The position numbers and the translations under genes are program-made. A stretch of DNA of 64,000 nucleotides from an uncultured cyanobacterium (GTDB lineage: Bacteria; Cyanobacteriota; Cyanobacteriia; Cyanobacteriales; CAWUOF01). How positions within the stretch are numbered: the first letter of the stretch is position 1; each line of letters begins with the position of its first letter. The stretch spans positions 5,600,001 to 5,664,000 of the forward strand of contig CAVUSO010000001.1 in assembly GCA_963744145.1 (NCBI GenBank), given 5' to 3'. Under the pieces are notes generated by a model that saw nothing but the letters and a program-made list of their open reading frames with translations, made no database searches and was not told the origin of the DNA. Positions 20,512 through 30,546 of the stretch are shown here, in pieces.

Positions 20512-22176
20512 TTGACAAAAGAGAGGGATGCCTTTTTGAACCACCGTAATCGGCTAGAAATTGCAGAATACACAGCACTTTTTGGCTCCCTCCTGGGGTC
20601 AATCGCCGCGACTGTTTCGGGACAGATCGCTTATATTGCTATTCCCATGCTGATTGCACTGTGGCTCAATCTGATCAATCGTAAACGTTGGGAAAGACGC
20701 TCTGGGGGAAGAGCGATCGCTTATACTAATAAAATGCGACAGGAATTATTGCAGCAAATTAATTCCGTGCAAACTATCGGTGGATATATTGGACAAACCC
20801 GACCAAATCCGCTGATGAGTACAGAATCATTAGGAGAAATCAAGCGCGTTAAAGATGCGATCGCATCCCTTCAATTACAACTACAAAACCGTCTTTCCCC
20901 ATCGACTCATCAAATTGACCAACCTGCGGTGCAACAGGAACTCTCCCAATTGCAAGATCAATACATCAAATTGCAGGAATCTTTAGAAAATATTATCCAT
21001 TATCTCAATAGTGCTTCTTTACCCGCTCGTGTAGATCGTTTAGAAAAAATTTTCTCCGGTTTACCCAACGAAATTTCTCAATTAGTCCAAAACCAATTAG
21101 ACCAAACCTCGTACATGACCCGATCGCCAAGTGCTGAAACACCAAAAAACCATCATGCTCAATTAAATCCGGATGTTGCTCCCTTACCCAGATCAGTAGC
21201 TGTAGCTGTCACAGAACCCATCAATCAGACCTGGAATTGTGTCTACAATATCGCTGGACATCGGGATTGGGTCAAATCGATCGCCATCAGTCCCCGGGCC
21301 AATATTTTAGCTAGTGGCAGTTTTGATGGTACGATCAAAATTTGGCAAATGACGGTCGATGGACTTCCTCTCCCAGAACCCCTATTTACTTTATCTGGTC
21401 ATAGCAAAGGAGTGTATGCGATCGGGATTAGTCCCGATGGAAACACCTTGGTAAGTGGTAGTTTTGACGAGACCATCAAAATTTGGCAGCTCAATTATGA
21501 TGAAAAAGGTTTAGTTAATCCCTCACCAGTTCATACTCTCACTGGTCATCTTGGTTCAATCAGAGCGATCGCGATTAATCCCAATGGACAAATTCTCGCG
21601 AGTGGTAGCTTTGATGAAACTATCAAAATTTGGCAGTTAGCTACAGGGGAATTAAGTGCTAACATTGTAGATACGGGAGGTCCAGTTTATGCCCTCGCGT
21701 TTAGTCCAGATGGCCAAATCCTGGCTAGTGGTGGTGGTGATGGTACAATTGCTTTATGGCAAATCAATGTCGGACACCCGATCGCCACGATCGCTAGTAG
21801 TTTAGATTCCATCTGTACCCTGAATTTTAGCTCTCAATCCTATACCTTAGCTGCTGGTAGTGGTACTGGAATCATTAAATTTTGGCAGCTCAGTCCAGAT
21901 GAACTCGGACGTCCGATCGTCACCATTTCCCATCATACTCTGAACGGTCATTCTGGTCCGGTATATGCGGTCACGATTAGTCCAGATGGGGATCTACTTG
22001 CTAGTGGTAGTGCTGATGGAACAGTCAAGATTTGGCATTTAGGGACAGAGAAATTGCTAGCTACTCTGGATGAAAATGCAACTAGTTCAGTTTTATCGGT
22101 GGCAATTAGTCCTGATGGCCAGACTCTAGCTTGTGGCAGAGCAGATGGTAATATTAAAATTTGGCAACAGGAATGA
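20512..22176 (+). CDS. WD40-repeat protein with N-terminal membrane anchor and coiled coil
   Basis: About seven GH...SPDG..LASGS.D.TIKIW repeats in the C-terminal half. Confidence 0.9.
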   Translation: MTKERDAFLNHRNRLEIAEYTALFGSLLGSIAATVSGQIAYIAIPMLIALWLNLINRKRWERRSGGRAIAYTNKMRQELLQQINSVQTIGGYIGQTRPNPLMSTESLGEIKRVKDAIASLQLQLQNRLSPSTHQIDQPAVQQELSQLQDQYIKLQESLENIIHYLNSASLPARVDRLEKIFSGLPNEISQLVQNQLDQTSYMTRSPSAETPKNHHAQLNPDVAPLPRSVAVAVTEPINQTWNCVYNIAGHRDWVKSIAISPRANILASGSFDGTIKIWQMTVDGLPLPEPLFTLSGHSKGVYAIGISPDGNTLVSGSFDETIKIWQLNYDEKGLVNPSPVHTLTGHLGSIRAIAINPNGQILASGSFDETIKIWQLATGELSANIVDTGGPVYALAFSPDGQILASGGGDGTIALWQINVGHPIATIASSLDSICTLNFSSQSYTLAAGSGTGIIKFWQLSPDELGRPIVTISHHTLNGHSGPVYAVTISPDGDLLASGSADGTVKIWHLGTEKLLATLDENATSSVLSVAISPDGQTLACGRADGNIKIWQQE

Positions 22177-22796
22177 AATATCAGCGTCGCTGGTTACAAA
22201 TAGCGGAGTATGTATCGGTTTTTAGTGCAGTTGCTGGCTCAATTGCTTCCCTATTATTACAGCAAGCTGCTTATGCTACTATACCAGTTTCCATTTCCTT
22301 GCTGTTGAATTTGCTGAATCGACAGAACTTTGAGAAACAAACCAAAATTAGTGCGACTGAGGCGATCGCTCTAATTGGTGAAGATACCACCGCGATCGCG
22401 AACCAGTTAGAGGGATTAAGAAACCAAATGAACTATTTAACTTTAGAAACTCCAGCTTTAGGTGCTGCGGAGGATCTCAATTTTTTGGTTTCTACGATGA
22501 TGCAATTGCGCCAACATCAAACTGAAATTGAACAATCTTTTCAGCCCTTAAAAATGCAGTTAGATTTGCTCACTGAACAATTTAAAAAACGACCAGAATT
22601 AGGGCAAATTGACAGCTTAATGAGTATTATTATTGATCTCCAACAGTTTATTAATCAGTTACCCCAGTGGGGAAGTTTACAACAAAAACAATTAGTCGAA
22701 ATTCAAGCAAAAATTGACTTAGCGATCGCTGCTATTCCCGCTCAAGTTGAAGCATCGGTGCAAAAACAAATCCAGGAAATTAATCAGCAAAAATAA
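22173..22796 (+). CDS. Membrane-anchored coiled-coil protein, paralogous to the N-terminus of the upstream WD40 protein
   Basis: ATGA overlap at 22173-22176; LQIAEYVSVFSAVAGSIA...AYATIP...LLNLLNR matches LEIAEYTALFGSLLGSIA...AYIAIP...WLNLINR. Confidence 0.75.
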   Translation: MKYQRRWLQIAEYVSVFSAVAGSIASLLLQQAAYATIPVSISLLLNLLNRQNFEKQTKISATEAIALIGEDTTAIANQLEGLRNQMNYLTLETPALGAAEDLNFLVSTMMQLRQHQTEIEQSFQPLKMQLDLLTEQFKKRPELGQIDSLMSIIIDLQQFINQLPQWGSLQQKQLVEIQAKIDLAIAAIPAQVEASVQKQIQEINQQK

Positions 22797-22797
22797 T
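22690..22797 (+). repeat. 108-bp direct repeat, copy 1 (3' end of gene 22173-22796)
   Basis: Identical to 24091-24198 except for 2 substitutions. Confidence 0.95.
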
Positions 22798-22918
22798 ATT
22801 GGTAAGAAGATGCCCCAAAGAACGGCAAAATCAGTTTTTGTCCATTAGTGATAAGTTAAGGTGATAGGTAAATTATCAAGAGCGGTTGAACTAGCTGCAA
22901 ACTTGGAGTGAATTCCAG

Positions 22919-23533
22919 ATGTCAAACAAAATTTTGCGAGAAGGACAATCCTATACCTTTCGCTCCTATTTTGAAATGCCCTACGAAGCGGATGAAATTC
23001 TGGCGGAGTTTGGCTATGAATTACGGCGATCGCGTCTGTTGCTACCTACTGTTCCGACAATTCTAGAGCGATTACCCGAATTAAAACAACGGTTAGAAGA
23101 GACACTGGTGTTAATTAGCCTCAGTAATGAGGCTGCTCGTCGAGAGGCATTGGTATTTCCAGTATTATTGGAAGTAGCCCGGTTCTGTCATTGTCAAATT
23201 CGGATTGAGTATCCTCTCCTGGTCAATGATTGGCTGAAGGGAAATTTGGATTATCTTCTGCGTCGAAATGGAGATTTGTTGGTCATTGAAGCTAAAAATG
23301 CTGATCTGGCGCGGGGATTTACTCAGTTAGCCGTGGAGTTAATTGCTCTGGCGAAAGCAGAAGCTCAGACCGTTCTCTACGGTGCGGTGACGATTGGAGA
23401 CACCTGGCGATTTGGTTATTTGGATACCCAGAGCCATCAAATAACTCAAGATATCGCTCTGTATCGTGTCCCCGATGACCTGGAACAACTCACCCAAATA
23501 CTGATTGGTCTCATTCAAACTCCTTTCTCCTAA
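22919..23533 (+). CDS. PD-(D/E)XK nuclease-fold hypothetical protein common in cyanobacteria
   Basis: LKGNLDYLL...LVIEAK...QLAVEL...YGAVTIGDTWRF. Confidence 0.65.
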   Translation: MSNKILREGQSYTFRSYFEMPYEADEILAEFGYELRRSRLLLPTVPTILERLPELKQRLEETLVLISLSNEAARREALVFPVLLEVARFCHCQIRIEYPLLVNDWLKGNLDYLLRRNGDLLVIEAKNADLARGFTQLAVELIALAKAEAQTVLYGAVTIGDTWRFGYLDTQSHQITQDIALYRVPDDLEQLTQILIGLIQTPFS

Positions 23534-23557
23534 TCCACCATTCACTAACTCTGAGGC

Positions 23558-23728
23558 CAATTGCTCAAGCGTTATGCACCTGATCGCACGCTTCATCTTG
23601 CCGTATCAGAAGACATTCGGAAATCAGTGTTTGAAGAAAAAGCCGGTCAAATTCTGATTGAAGATGGCATTATCCGCCTGGTTACATTTGATCCAGTAAA
23701 GGAGGTGATTGTGAAATGGATACCCTAG
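23558..23728 (+). pseudogene. xisH: 5'-truncated xisH fragment
   Basis: Manual translation QLLKRYAPDRTLHLAVSEDIRKSVFEEKAGQILIEDGIIRLVTFDPVKEVIVKWIP*, overlapping the xisI start as in intact xisHI pairs. Confidence 0.75.
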
Positions 23729-24051
23729 ACTCGAACTATCGCTCAATTGTGGAAAAATTACTCATCAAGTATGCCGAATTTCTTAAGAGCGATGATGCAC
23801 AAATCGAACTGGTGTTTGATCGAGAACGCAATCATTATTTATTGATTGAAATGGGATGGCAGTATGGCTATCGCATTTATGGCACCTTGCTCCATATTGA
23901 CATTGTTCATGACAAAGTTTGGATTCAGCAGGATGGCACAGAAGCAGGAGTCGCAGAAGAACTCGTCTCAGCAGGCATTTCTAAGAACGCGATTGTTTTG
24001 GGATTCAAATCAATGGAACGCCGTAAACTGACAGAGTTTGCGGTTTCCTGA
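23716..24051 (+). CDS. xisI: XisI family protein
   Basis: LVFDRERNHY...GW...HIDI...KVWIQQDGTE.GVAEELV.AGI.K..IVLGF. Confidence 0.9.
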   Translation: MDTLDSNYRSIVEKLLIKYAEFLKSDDAQIELVFDRERNHYLLIEMGWQYGYRIYGTLLHIDIVHDKVWIQQDGTEAGVAEELVSAGISKNAIVLGFKSMERRKLTEFAVS

Positions 24052-24090
24052 GACCATGCTCTATCGATTAGATATTCAAACTGACGTTCT

Positions 24091-24198
24091 AATTAGTCGA
24101 AATTCAAGCAAAAATTGAATTAGCGATCGCTGCTATTCCCGCTCAAGTTGAAGCATCGGTGCAAAAACAAATCCAGGAAGTTAATCAGCAAAAATAAT
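24091..24198 (+). repeat. 108-bp direct repeat, copy 2
   Basis: Copy of 22690-22797; closely preceded by the IS-end-like motif caaactgacgtt. Confidence 0.95.
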
Positions 24199-24429
24199 CT
24201 TCAGCACTACTCGCAACCTAGGGTGTTAATTCTGAACCCTTTATCCCATAAGACTTCATGTCCAAAATATGTCGCATATTTTTATCCCACTTTCCGCATT
24301 TCAAACATACTACACCCAATTTTTTAACGAAGAAAGTGGATTACACGCTTCCTGATTGAGAATAAATATCAAACGGTAGAATAGGGATTTTATAGCCATA
24401 GGGATCTGGATCTCCCAACGAAAAATAAA

Positions 24430-24730
24430 AGGTTTCAGGCTACGATTTAAAAATTGTCCAGACTATTGTAAGAAGAGAAACACTTGAGCATACATTTAGC
24501 GCATTTAGCGCATCGGAAGGTATATTTAGCGAATCGCAAGATTTTGTAAAAGAAAAAAAACTTACACCAGAAAAACAAGATGAAGCTACTAAGGAAGCTA
24601 CTAAAGTACTTGATTGTATGTCTAGCATAAGGGAACTAAGAGAAACCCTTGAGCATACATTTAGCGCATCGGAAGGTATATCTAGCGAATCGCAAGATTT
24701 TGTAAAAGAAGTTTTAAATAAATTAGGATA
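24430..24730 (+). pseudogene. Gene remnant with an internal ~70-bp duplication
   Basis: The plus frame reads RETLEHTFSA(FSA)SEGI(F/S)SESQDFVKE twice (~24475-24553 and ~24640-24710) and ends in TAA; no start codon. Confidence 0.45.
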
Positions 24731-24977
24731 AAGATTTTATCGATTTGGTTAATTTTTTTCAGAATCTGCGGGATGAATATCAGGGCAGCAACACAGAATT
24801 AACTATCCTTTTAAAGAAAGTAATGGATTTACTGAAGCTTGAGGATGAACATCAGGTTATTTTGGCCAATGTGACTTTAGGAAAGAATCTCTCCCATGCT
24901 ATGGGGCTATCAATATACTTCCCCCTGCGTGGTTGTTCTCCGTTTTACGATCACTCGGATTTTGCTAGGTGTGGGTG

Positions 24978-26450
24978 CAATACGGTTCGGTTAAGCTTTA
25001 AGCAGTATTGAGGATAGAAAAATTGAGGGTTTCATGTTTAACTCCCTGACCTCTATGAATTGGTTTCTTGGATGGAAATTTGGCGCGAGTTTTTTTAATA
25101 ACACGAGGGTTACTTCTACCTTCACGTTTGGGAATTGGTTCATCCAAAATTTCCCTGATCAACCAACTAAAAAAAAGGGGAAATTCTTCTGGTTGAAGGC
25201 GCTGAAATTTGGGAATAGCACGACGGACAACATTGAGAGTACCAGTAAAACTCAATCGTAAAGGGGAGATGTGAGCAGAGGTGACCGTCGGTCAACATGA
25301 GAGAACGAACCGCCCAATGTCCGAGGAGCCAACCATAAATTTCCTGAACCACTTCACGGGGATGAAGAGAACGAATCAGAGTTTTACGTCCCAATTGATG
25401 AACCTTCAATTCATCGATAGTATTTTCAACTTCCCAACGACGATGATATTCTGTGGCTAATAATAAAGCTGGAAATAAAGCGATGTCCGTCAAACTGGTA
25501 ATCAGACGGTAAGTTTGTGCTTCGCCATTATCAATAGTGTATTCAATGACTCGAACCATAATTTTGGTCATGCCCTGTTTTTTCGACTTGCCGTCGGGAG
25601 CAATCCAGGAGAGATAGGAACCATCATCCAATACCTGCTCCACAGGAAATTTAACATTTTTGGGGATGCGTCCCAAATAATCACATTTTTGGGACAAGGT
25701 GGCTTGCACCATTGCATAAGAATGCAATCCACGATCCCACATTAATAACATTCCAGTGGTGACTGACCGTAGTAACCTTTTCACTCTGACTCGCTCACCG
25801 ATTCGGTAAGGGCAGATCAAGGCATCTACAATTAAATGTGTTCCTGCTTCAATCAATAGAACCAAACGCACCTTGGGAAACGCGGCTCTAGTTCCAGGAC
25901 GACTAGCTGGATATCCAAATACTCTGGCATTTGTGTCGCTATCTGGCACATCAAACACTGTTCCATCTACAGCCATAATTCGCTTTTCACCTAAAAAAGC
26001 CCCTGGGGTTTCCCTAGTAGCCTGTGGTCTAACTACTATGTGAAACAGATGCCGCATTACCCCTGCACCTACTCGCTGTCTAGCTTCTGTAATTGATGAT
26101 TTACATGGTATTCGCCAATAATAACTAACTCTGACCCATGCTTCATTTAAGCCATCAACCAGATTTTTCAACACTGTCCTCATTGACCCCCTAGACCATA
26201 GACTCATCCCAATGATTAGACAGATAACCAGATGCGTTGGTAATGCTCTTTGTCGTTCCTCTTTTCTATTGGTATCTTCAATGGCTTTTTCAATTGCTGT
26301 CGATGGAATCGCTGTTTCTAACGCTTTGAGGATCATCCCTGATTCGACCACAGGTGATATTACAGTGAATTCTTTGAGCTGCATTCCTACTCATTCCATT
26401 TAGGTGACACTTTCATTTTACCTGATTTTTAGCTTAACCGAACCGTATTG
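24978..26450 (-). mobile_element. IS4-family insertion sequence (1473 bp)
   Basis: TIRs CAATACGGTTCGGTTAAGCT / AGCTTAACCGAACCGTATTG; 10-bp TSD GGTGTGGGTG at 24968-24977 and 26451-26460. Confidence 0.95.
24998..26384 (-). pseudogene. IS4-family transposase, frameshifted near 25260-25290
   Basis: AVDGT, WDRG and Y-x2-R-x3-E-x6-K (YHRRWEVENTIDELK) motifs; the C-terminus (SFTGTL...RSNPRVIKK) is in the other frame, ORF 24998-25255. Confidence 0.88.
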
Positions 26451-26590
26451 GGTGTGGGTGGGGAGAGTTTATTCGAGTTCATAACACTGGGCGCTGTTCT
26501 TAAGAATCAAGTTCGCTACTTTTGGGAGAATTCGAGGATGTAATCCAAACTAGCCCAAGTTTTGACTGGGATGACACTACCGATGAGGTT

Positions 26591-26686
26591 GGGTGCATCT
26601 CATATTTGCAAATTTATCAATCAGGTAACGAAAAACAAGCATTTCAGCCTCCTGTTTCAAGGTTTTTGCAAAACTGAGATGCACCC
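26591..26686. mobile_element. 96-bp MITE
   Basis: TIR GGGTGCATCTCA / TGAGATGCACCC; 9-bp TSD GATGAGGTT at 26582-26590 and 26687-26695. Confidence 0.9.
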
Positions 26687-26791
26687 GATGAGGTTGATTG
26701 TGAGGGGCGATGTAATAAAGAATGCTGAATTACCATAGTAAACACGCAAAACTGCACTACTCTTGCGTAGCAATGTCGATGAGTAGTCAGT

Positions 26792-27385
26792 ATGAAAATT
26801 GTTCAAGAGATTTCTCTGATTAGCATTGGAAATTTTGAAGAATCAAGTGATTGGTCTATTATTCGAGCTGAAATCCGTGAGGCTATTTCCCTGATCGTTT
26901 ATCCTCCTGGGACATCAAACTTTACCATCAACCCAATGAAACACGGCAATGGTGTCAAGCCGATTAAAGAAGCTTGTATGATTGCTTTGAGGGATAGGTT
27001 TAGTTGGAGCTTGGAAACTTCGATTCACTACGCAACTCGATCACCAGGAAAGGTGGATGCAACAAAAGTTGTTGATAACCATCTTTTTGCGCTTGAGTGG
27101 GAGACGGGAAATATCTCCTCAAGTCATCGATCAGTCAATAAGATGGTTCTTGGCTTGTTACGAGGTGTTTTTCTGGGTACTGTTCTAGTACTGCCAAGTA
27201 GAAAACTTTATGCTTATCTAACTGATCGGATTGGCAACTATGAAGAGCTAGAGCCGTATTTTGATGTTTGGCGAGCAGTTCAACTCGTAGAGGGTTTTTT
27301 GGCTATTTTTGTGATTGAACACGATGAAGTAGATAGCAATGTACCAACAATCTCTAAAGGAACAGATGGTCGTGCATTGGTCTAA
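26792..27385 (+). CDS. BamHI-family type II restriction endonuclease
   Basis: FTIN, NGVKPIKE.C, EWETGNISSSHRS.NK, YLTDR.GNYEELEPYF and VP.I.KG.DG match recalled R.BamHI motifs (EFETGNISSAHRSMNK, YLTDRVTNFEELEPYF). Confidence 0.88.
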   Translation: MKIVQEISLISIGNFEESSDWSIIRAEIREAISLIVYPPGTSNFTINPMKHGNGVKPIKEACMIALRDRFSWSLETSIHYATRSPGKVDATKVVDNHLFALEWETGNISSSHRSVNKMVLGLLRGVFLGTVLVLPSRKLYAYLTDRIGNYEELEPYFDVWRAVQLVEGFLAIFVIEHDEVDSNVPTISKGTDGRALV

Positions 27386-27411
27386 ATGTTTATGGATCAA
27401 AACTATGTAGA

Positions 27412-28389
27412 TTAAGGAATGGGAAGTTGTGATGTAGCTGTTTTGCGCTGCTTCAACTTCTTATTTCCTCTTGCTGATTCCCATTGCTCAATGATTCCGT
27501 TAGCTAACTCAGTCAATCGTTCTATTGCTGACTCTGTATCTCCAATTTCTGAACCAATCCAATAACGGTGTAGTTTTTCTGCTGCATAAAATGTAGTACC
27601 CGAACCCCCAAAAGGATCAACTACAATTTGACCTGGATTAGATGCCATAGCGATGATCCTTTCTAGCATAATTGGAGCAAGTTCGTTAGGAACCCGTTTT
27701 TTATGCCGACGATGGCGAACAGGTGGAATATCAGTCCACATTTCCTCAGTTAATGTCCATAACACTTCATTAGAGTCAGCTTCAGGAGTATCTTCCCAAA
27801 CATCCTCTGGCATATCCCAGACATCCATCAAATTGATCCCTTTTTCATTAAGACTTTTGCGATGTCCGCCATAATCACGAATTTCTCCACCACAGTGCCG
27901 ACATACCTGAATGGGTGTATAAATTTTATTAAATACTGTTGGCTCCCCTTTTGTGTAATAGATTAGTCCGTAGTGAGCAGGAGACATCTTTTTGCCTCTG
28001 GGAAAAGCTTTTGGCATCCTGCAAGCAATCCAATGTCGAAACCACATTCCTTTCTGATTAAGATATGCACCATACTCTATGCACCATCTGGGCAAGTTGA
28101 AGACAAATAAACTTCCACCTGGTTTAAGCACTCGAATGCTCTGATCAAGCCAGTGTTTAGACCAACTTAAATACTGATTAACTTCCATCTGATCATTGAC
28201 ACCTTCACCGTATTTCTTACCGAGGTTAAAGGGTGGATCGGCAAATACAAGATCCACAGACTCATTAGGTAAGGCTGATAATAGTTTAAGACAATCTCCT
28301 TGATAGAGGATACCATGCTTACTCATATAAACTTGTTGCAATCCTGGTTGACTTGCAGCATTAGAAGCGATCGCTTGAAACGGGAGCAT
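27412..28389 (-). CDS. Beta-class amino-DNA methyltransferase (probably N4-cytosine), partner of the BamHI-like endonuclease
   Basis: Motif IV DPPF at the N-terminus, motif I DPFGGSGTT at the C-terminus; convergent with the endonuclease. Confidence 0.9.
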   Translation of the reverse strand: MLPFQAIASNAASQPGLQQVYMSKHGILYQGDCLKLLSALPNESVDLVFADPPFNLGKKYGEGVNDQMEVNQYLSWSKHWLDQSIRVLKPGGSLFVFNLPRWCIEYGAYLNQKGMWFRHWIACRMPKAFPRGKKMSPAHYGLIYYTKGEPTVFNKIYTPIQVCRHCGGEIRDYGGHRKSLNEKGINLMDVWDMPEDVWEDTPEADSNEVLWTLTEEMWTDIPPVRHRRHKKRVPNELAPIMLERIIAMASNPGQIVVDPFGGSGTTFYAAEKLHRYWIGSEIGDTESAIERLTELANGIIEQWESARGNKKLKQRKTATSQLPIP

Positions 28390-28423
28390 TTACTTAGCCT
28401 TTAGTACGTTAATATAACTTGAG

Positions 28424-28450
28424 ATTATAAACTCTATTTACATTTGTCAA
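28424..28450 (-). promoter_or_regulatory. Possible sigma70-type promoter for the methyltransferase
   Basis: Minus strand reads TTGACA-15 nt-TATAAT about 35 nt upstream of the MTase ATG; the spacer is shorter than optimal. Confidence 0.35.
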
Positions 28451-28682
28451 TAGAATTTTCTGGAGAACTTGTACTCCTTGGTTGATAAGGTTTTCCAGTA
28501 GGTTGATTCTGATACCTTTCCAACTCAGGGGCTTCGATATAGTAGTAACGTCCAAGTTTACGAGCTACAATCTGACCATTTTTAATTAGATCATGAACCC
28601 GCTGACGAGTTACATCAAGTAGTTTCGCAGTTTGAGCTACAGAGAGTAATTCAGGATTGTCATTTGAACCGGAGTTTGTCAT
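28434..28682 (-). CDS. Excisionase-like helix-turn-helix DNA-binding protein
   Basis: LLSVAQTAKLLDVTRQRVHDLIKNGQIVARKLGRYYYI; the likelier start is ATG at 28682 (82 aa). Confidence 0.8.
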   Translation of the reverse strand: MTNSGSNDNPELLSVAQTAKLLDVTRQRVHDLIKNGQIVARKLGRYYYIEAPELERYQNQPTGKPYQPRSTSSPENSIDKCK

Positions 28683-28857
28683 AGGATGGATATACTTCAG
28701 TCTATGGAAGATATCATAAGGAAAAAAGTCTTGATCGGATCTGCTATGGAGTAAATGAGCGGGTAAACTCAGGGCAAGCATGAGCTGAACCGTATTGGAA
28801 TAAAATGCTCTTAGACTCTACGGAACTACCCAATAACTAAATCATAGAATTTAATTT

Positions 28858-30366
28858 ATGAATTTTTCTCAACAAAGGTTACACAAACTAGAAATAAAAA
28901 AGCTGAAAAATATTCAAGACCTTATTATTTCTTTTGAAAGCAAAAATGTTACAGCAATTCTAGGTCCTAATGGTTCTGGTAAATCAACTATTCTTCATGC
29001 TTTAGCTTGTTGTTTTCAACCACAAATCGGAAGCAAAGAAAAAGCAAACTATAAGTTTACTGATTTTTTTCCGCCACACTCAGAAACGCTATGGCAAGGT
29101 AGTGAGCTGAAAATAGTTCATACTTATCGGGAAAAAATCTCGCTTTACGAAAAGTAAGAGAAAATCTATGAAAAGAAAAGCGATCGCTGGAAGCCGAGGT
29201 ATAATAATAGACCGATCATAAATATTTGTTACATTGGTGTTGATAGTTGCGTCCCACTAATTGAATCAGAAAAACAAACTACAAGAATTCATTATTCAAC
29301 TAGCCAAGTAAGAGAAGACATTATAAATGAAATCCTAGCTCAAGCTTCATATTGCTTAAATAAAGAATATACAGCTTATTATATCAATCATCTAAAAAAT
29401 GGCAAGAAATTTATTGGTATTGAATCCAAAGGTGTCAGATATTCCGCTCTCAGTATGAGTGCAGGTGAACAAAAAGTATTTATGCTACTAGAGAAAATCT
29501 TTAGAGCTGGGAAGTATAGCCTAATACTAATAGAGGAAATTGATCTTCTCTTACATGATTTAGCAATGCGAAATTTACTAAAAATTATTGTGAAGAGATG
29601 CGAAGATAAAAATCTACAAGTAGTATTTACCACTCATAGGGAATCTATACTTGAACTTTCTGATGTAATTAATATCAGGCATATTTGTGCAACACCAGAG
29701 AAAACTCTTTGCTTTAATGAAACAAAACCAGATGCAATAAATCGTCTGACGGGAAAAAAGCTCACACCTATTGAGGTTTTTGTTGAGGACAATCTAGCAG
29801 CAGCAATAGTAAACAAAGTGGCAGGTCAATTAGGTATTTCTAGACATATTGCCATCCAAAGATTTGGAGCAGCTATAAATTGTTTTACAGTCTTAGCTGG
29901 ACTTTTTCTTACTGGTGAGAGTTGTGAAAACAGTATTTTTATTTTAGATGGCGATGTGCATAAAACCAGAGAGGAACAAGAAAAACAATTGAAAAATGTT
30001 TTGACTGGAGATGATGCAAGCGCCAAAGACAAGAGGCAATTAGCAATTGAGAAAATAATAAGTCTAAATCTTCCAGAAAATGTTTCCCCGGAAAAGTATA
30101 TTCATCGTATTATTATTAGTTTACCAAATAATGAAAATCAAGAATATAATGAAATTATTAAAGTAGCAAAAGAGATTGAATCTCCTGAAGATAAACACGA
30201 ATATGTAAACGCGATAATAAGAAAATTCAATTGGGATAGAAAGGTCGGTTTGTCAAAAATTGTTGATTTAATTAGTCTGGCTGAGGAATGGAATGATTAT
30301 GTGGCTAGTGTAAGAGATTGGCTGAGTTCAAAAAAAGACATAGTGGAGGAATCCAGTAATAATTAA
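28858..30366 (+). pseudogene. ABC/AAA ATPase-TOPRIM fusion (OLD/PARIS-like) with an in-frame premature stop
   Basis: Walker A GPNGSGKST; TAA at 29155-29157, after which the same frame continues to signature MSAGEQK, Walker B LIEEID, H-loop TTH and TOPRIM-like VFVED...ILDGD. Confidence 0.8.
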
Positions 30367-30546
30367 CTAAACTTGGTGTATATAATTTTAGTCGCATTGC
30401 GCCAGCTAGCTAACAAGTTACCTCTTCTACCAGCTCTACCTCCTACCATCTTTTAACTAAGTCAAACTGACGTTTAATTAGCTCCTACTTCTGACACAGA
30501 ACCTGCATAAACTCTTTCCCTGACTATCATCCACAAAATTAACACC

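Larger units (their letters stand above)
24731..26503 (+). pseudogene. C-terminal fragment of a clostripain-like (C11) peptidase, interrupted by IS4
   Basis: DFIDLVNFF...GLSIYFP...FYDHSDFARCG; after removing the IS and one TSD copy the frame continues WGEFIRVHNTGRCS*. Confidence 0.55.

Noticed and set aside
23558..24051. fdxN excision element
   Set aside because: No xisF recombinase or interrupted nif/fdxN gene; xisHI homologues are widespread stand-alone cassettes
24475..24710. ~70-bp direct repeats as a CRISPR array or att sites
   Set aside because: Two copies that preserve a reading frame; better explained as an intragenic duplication in a gene remnant
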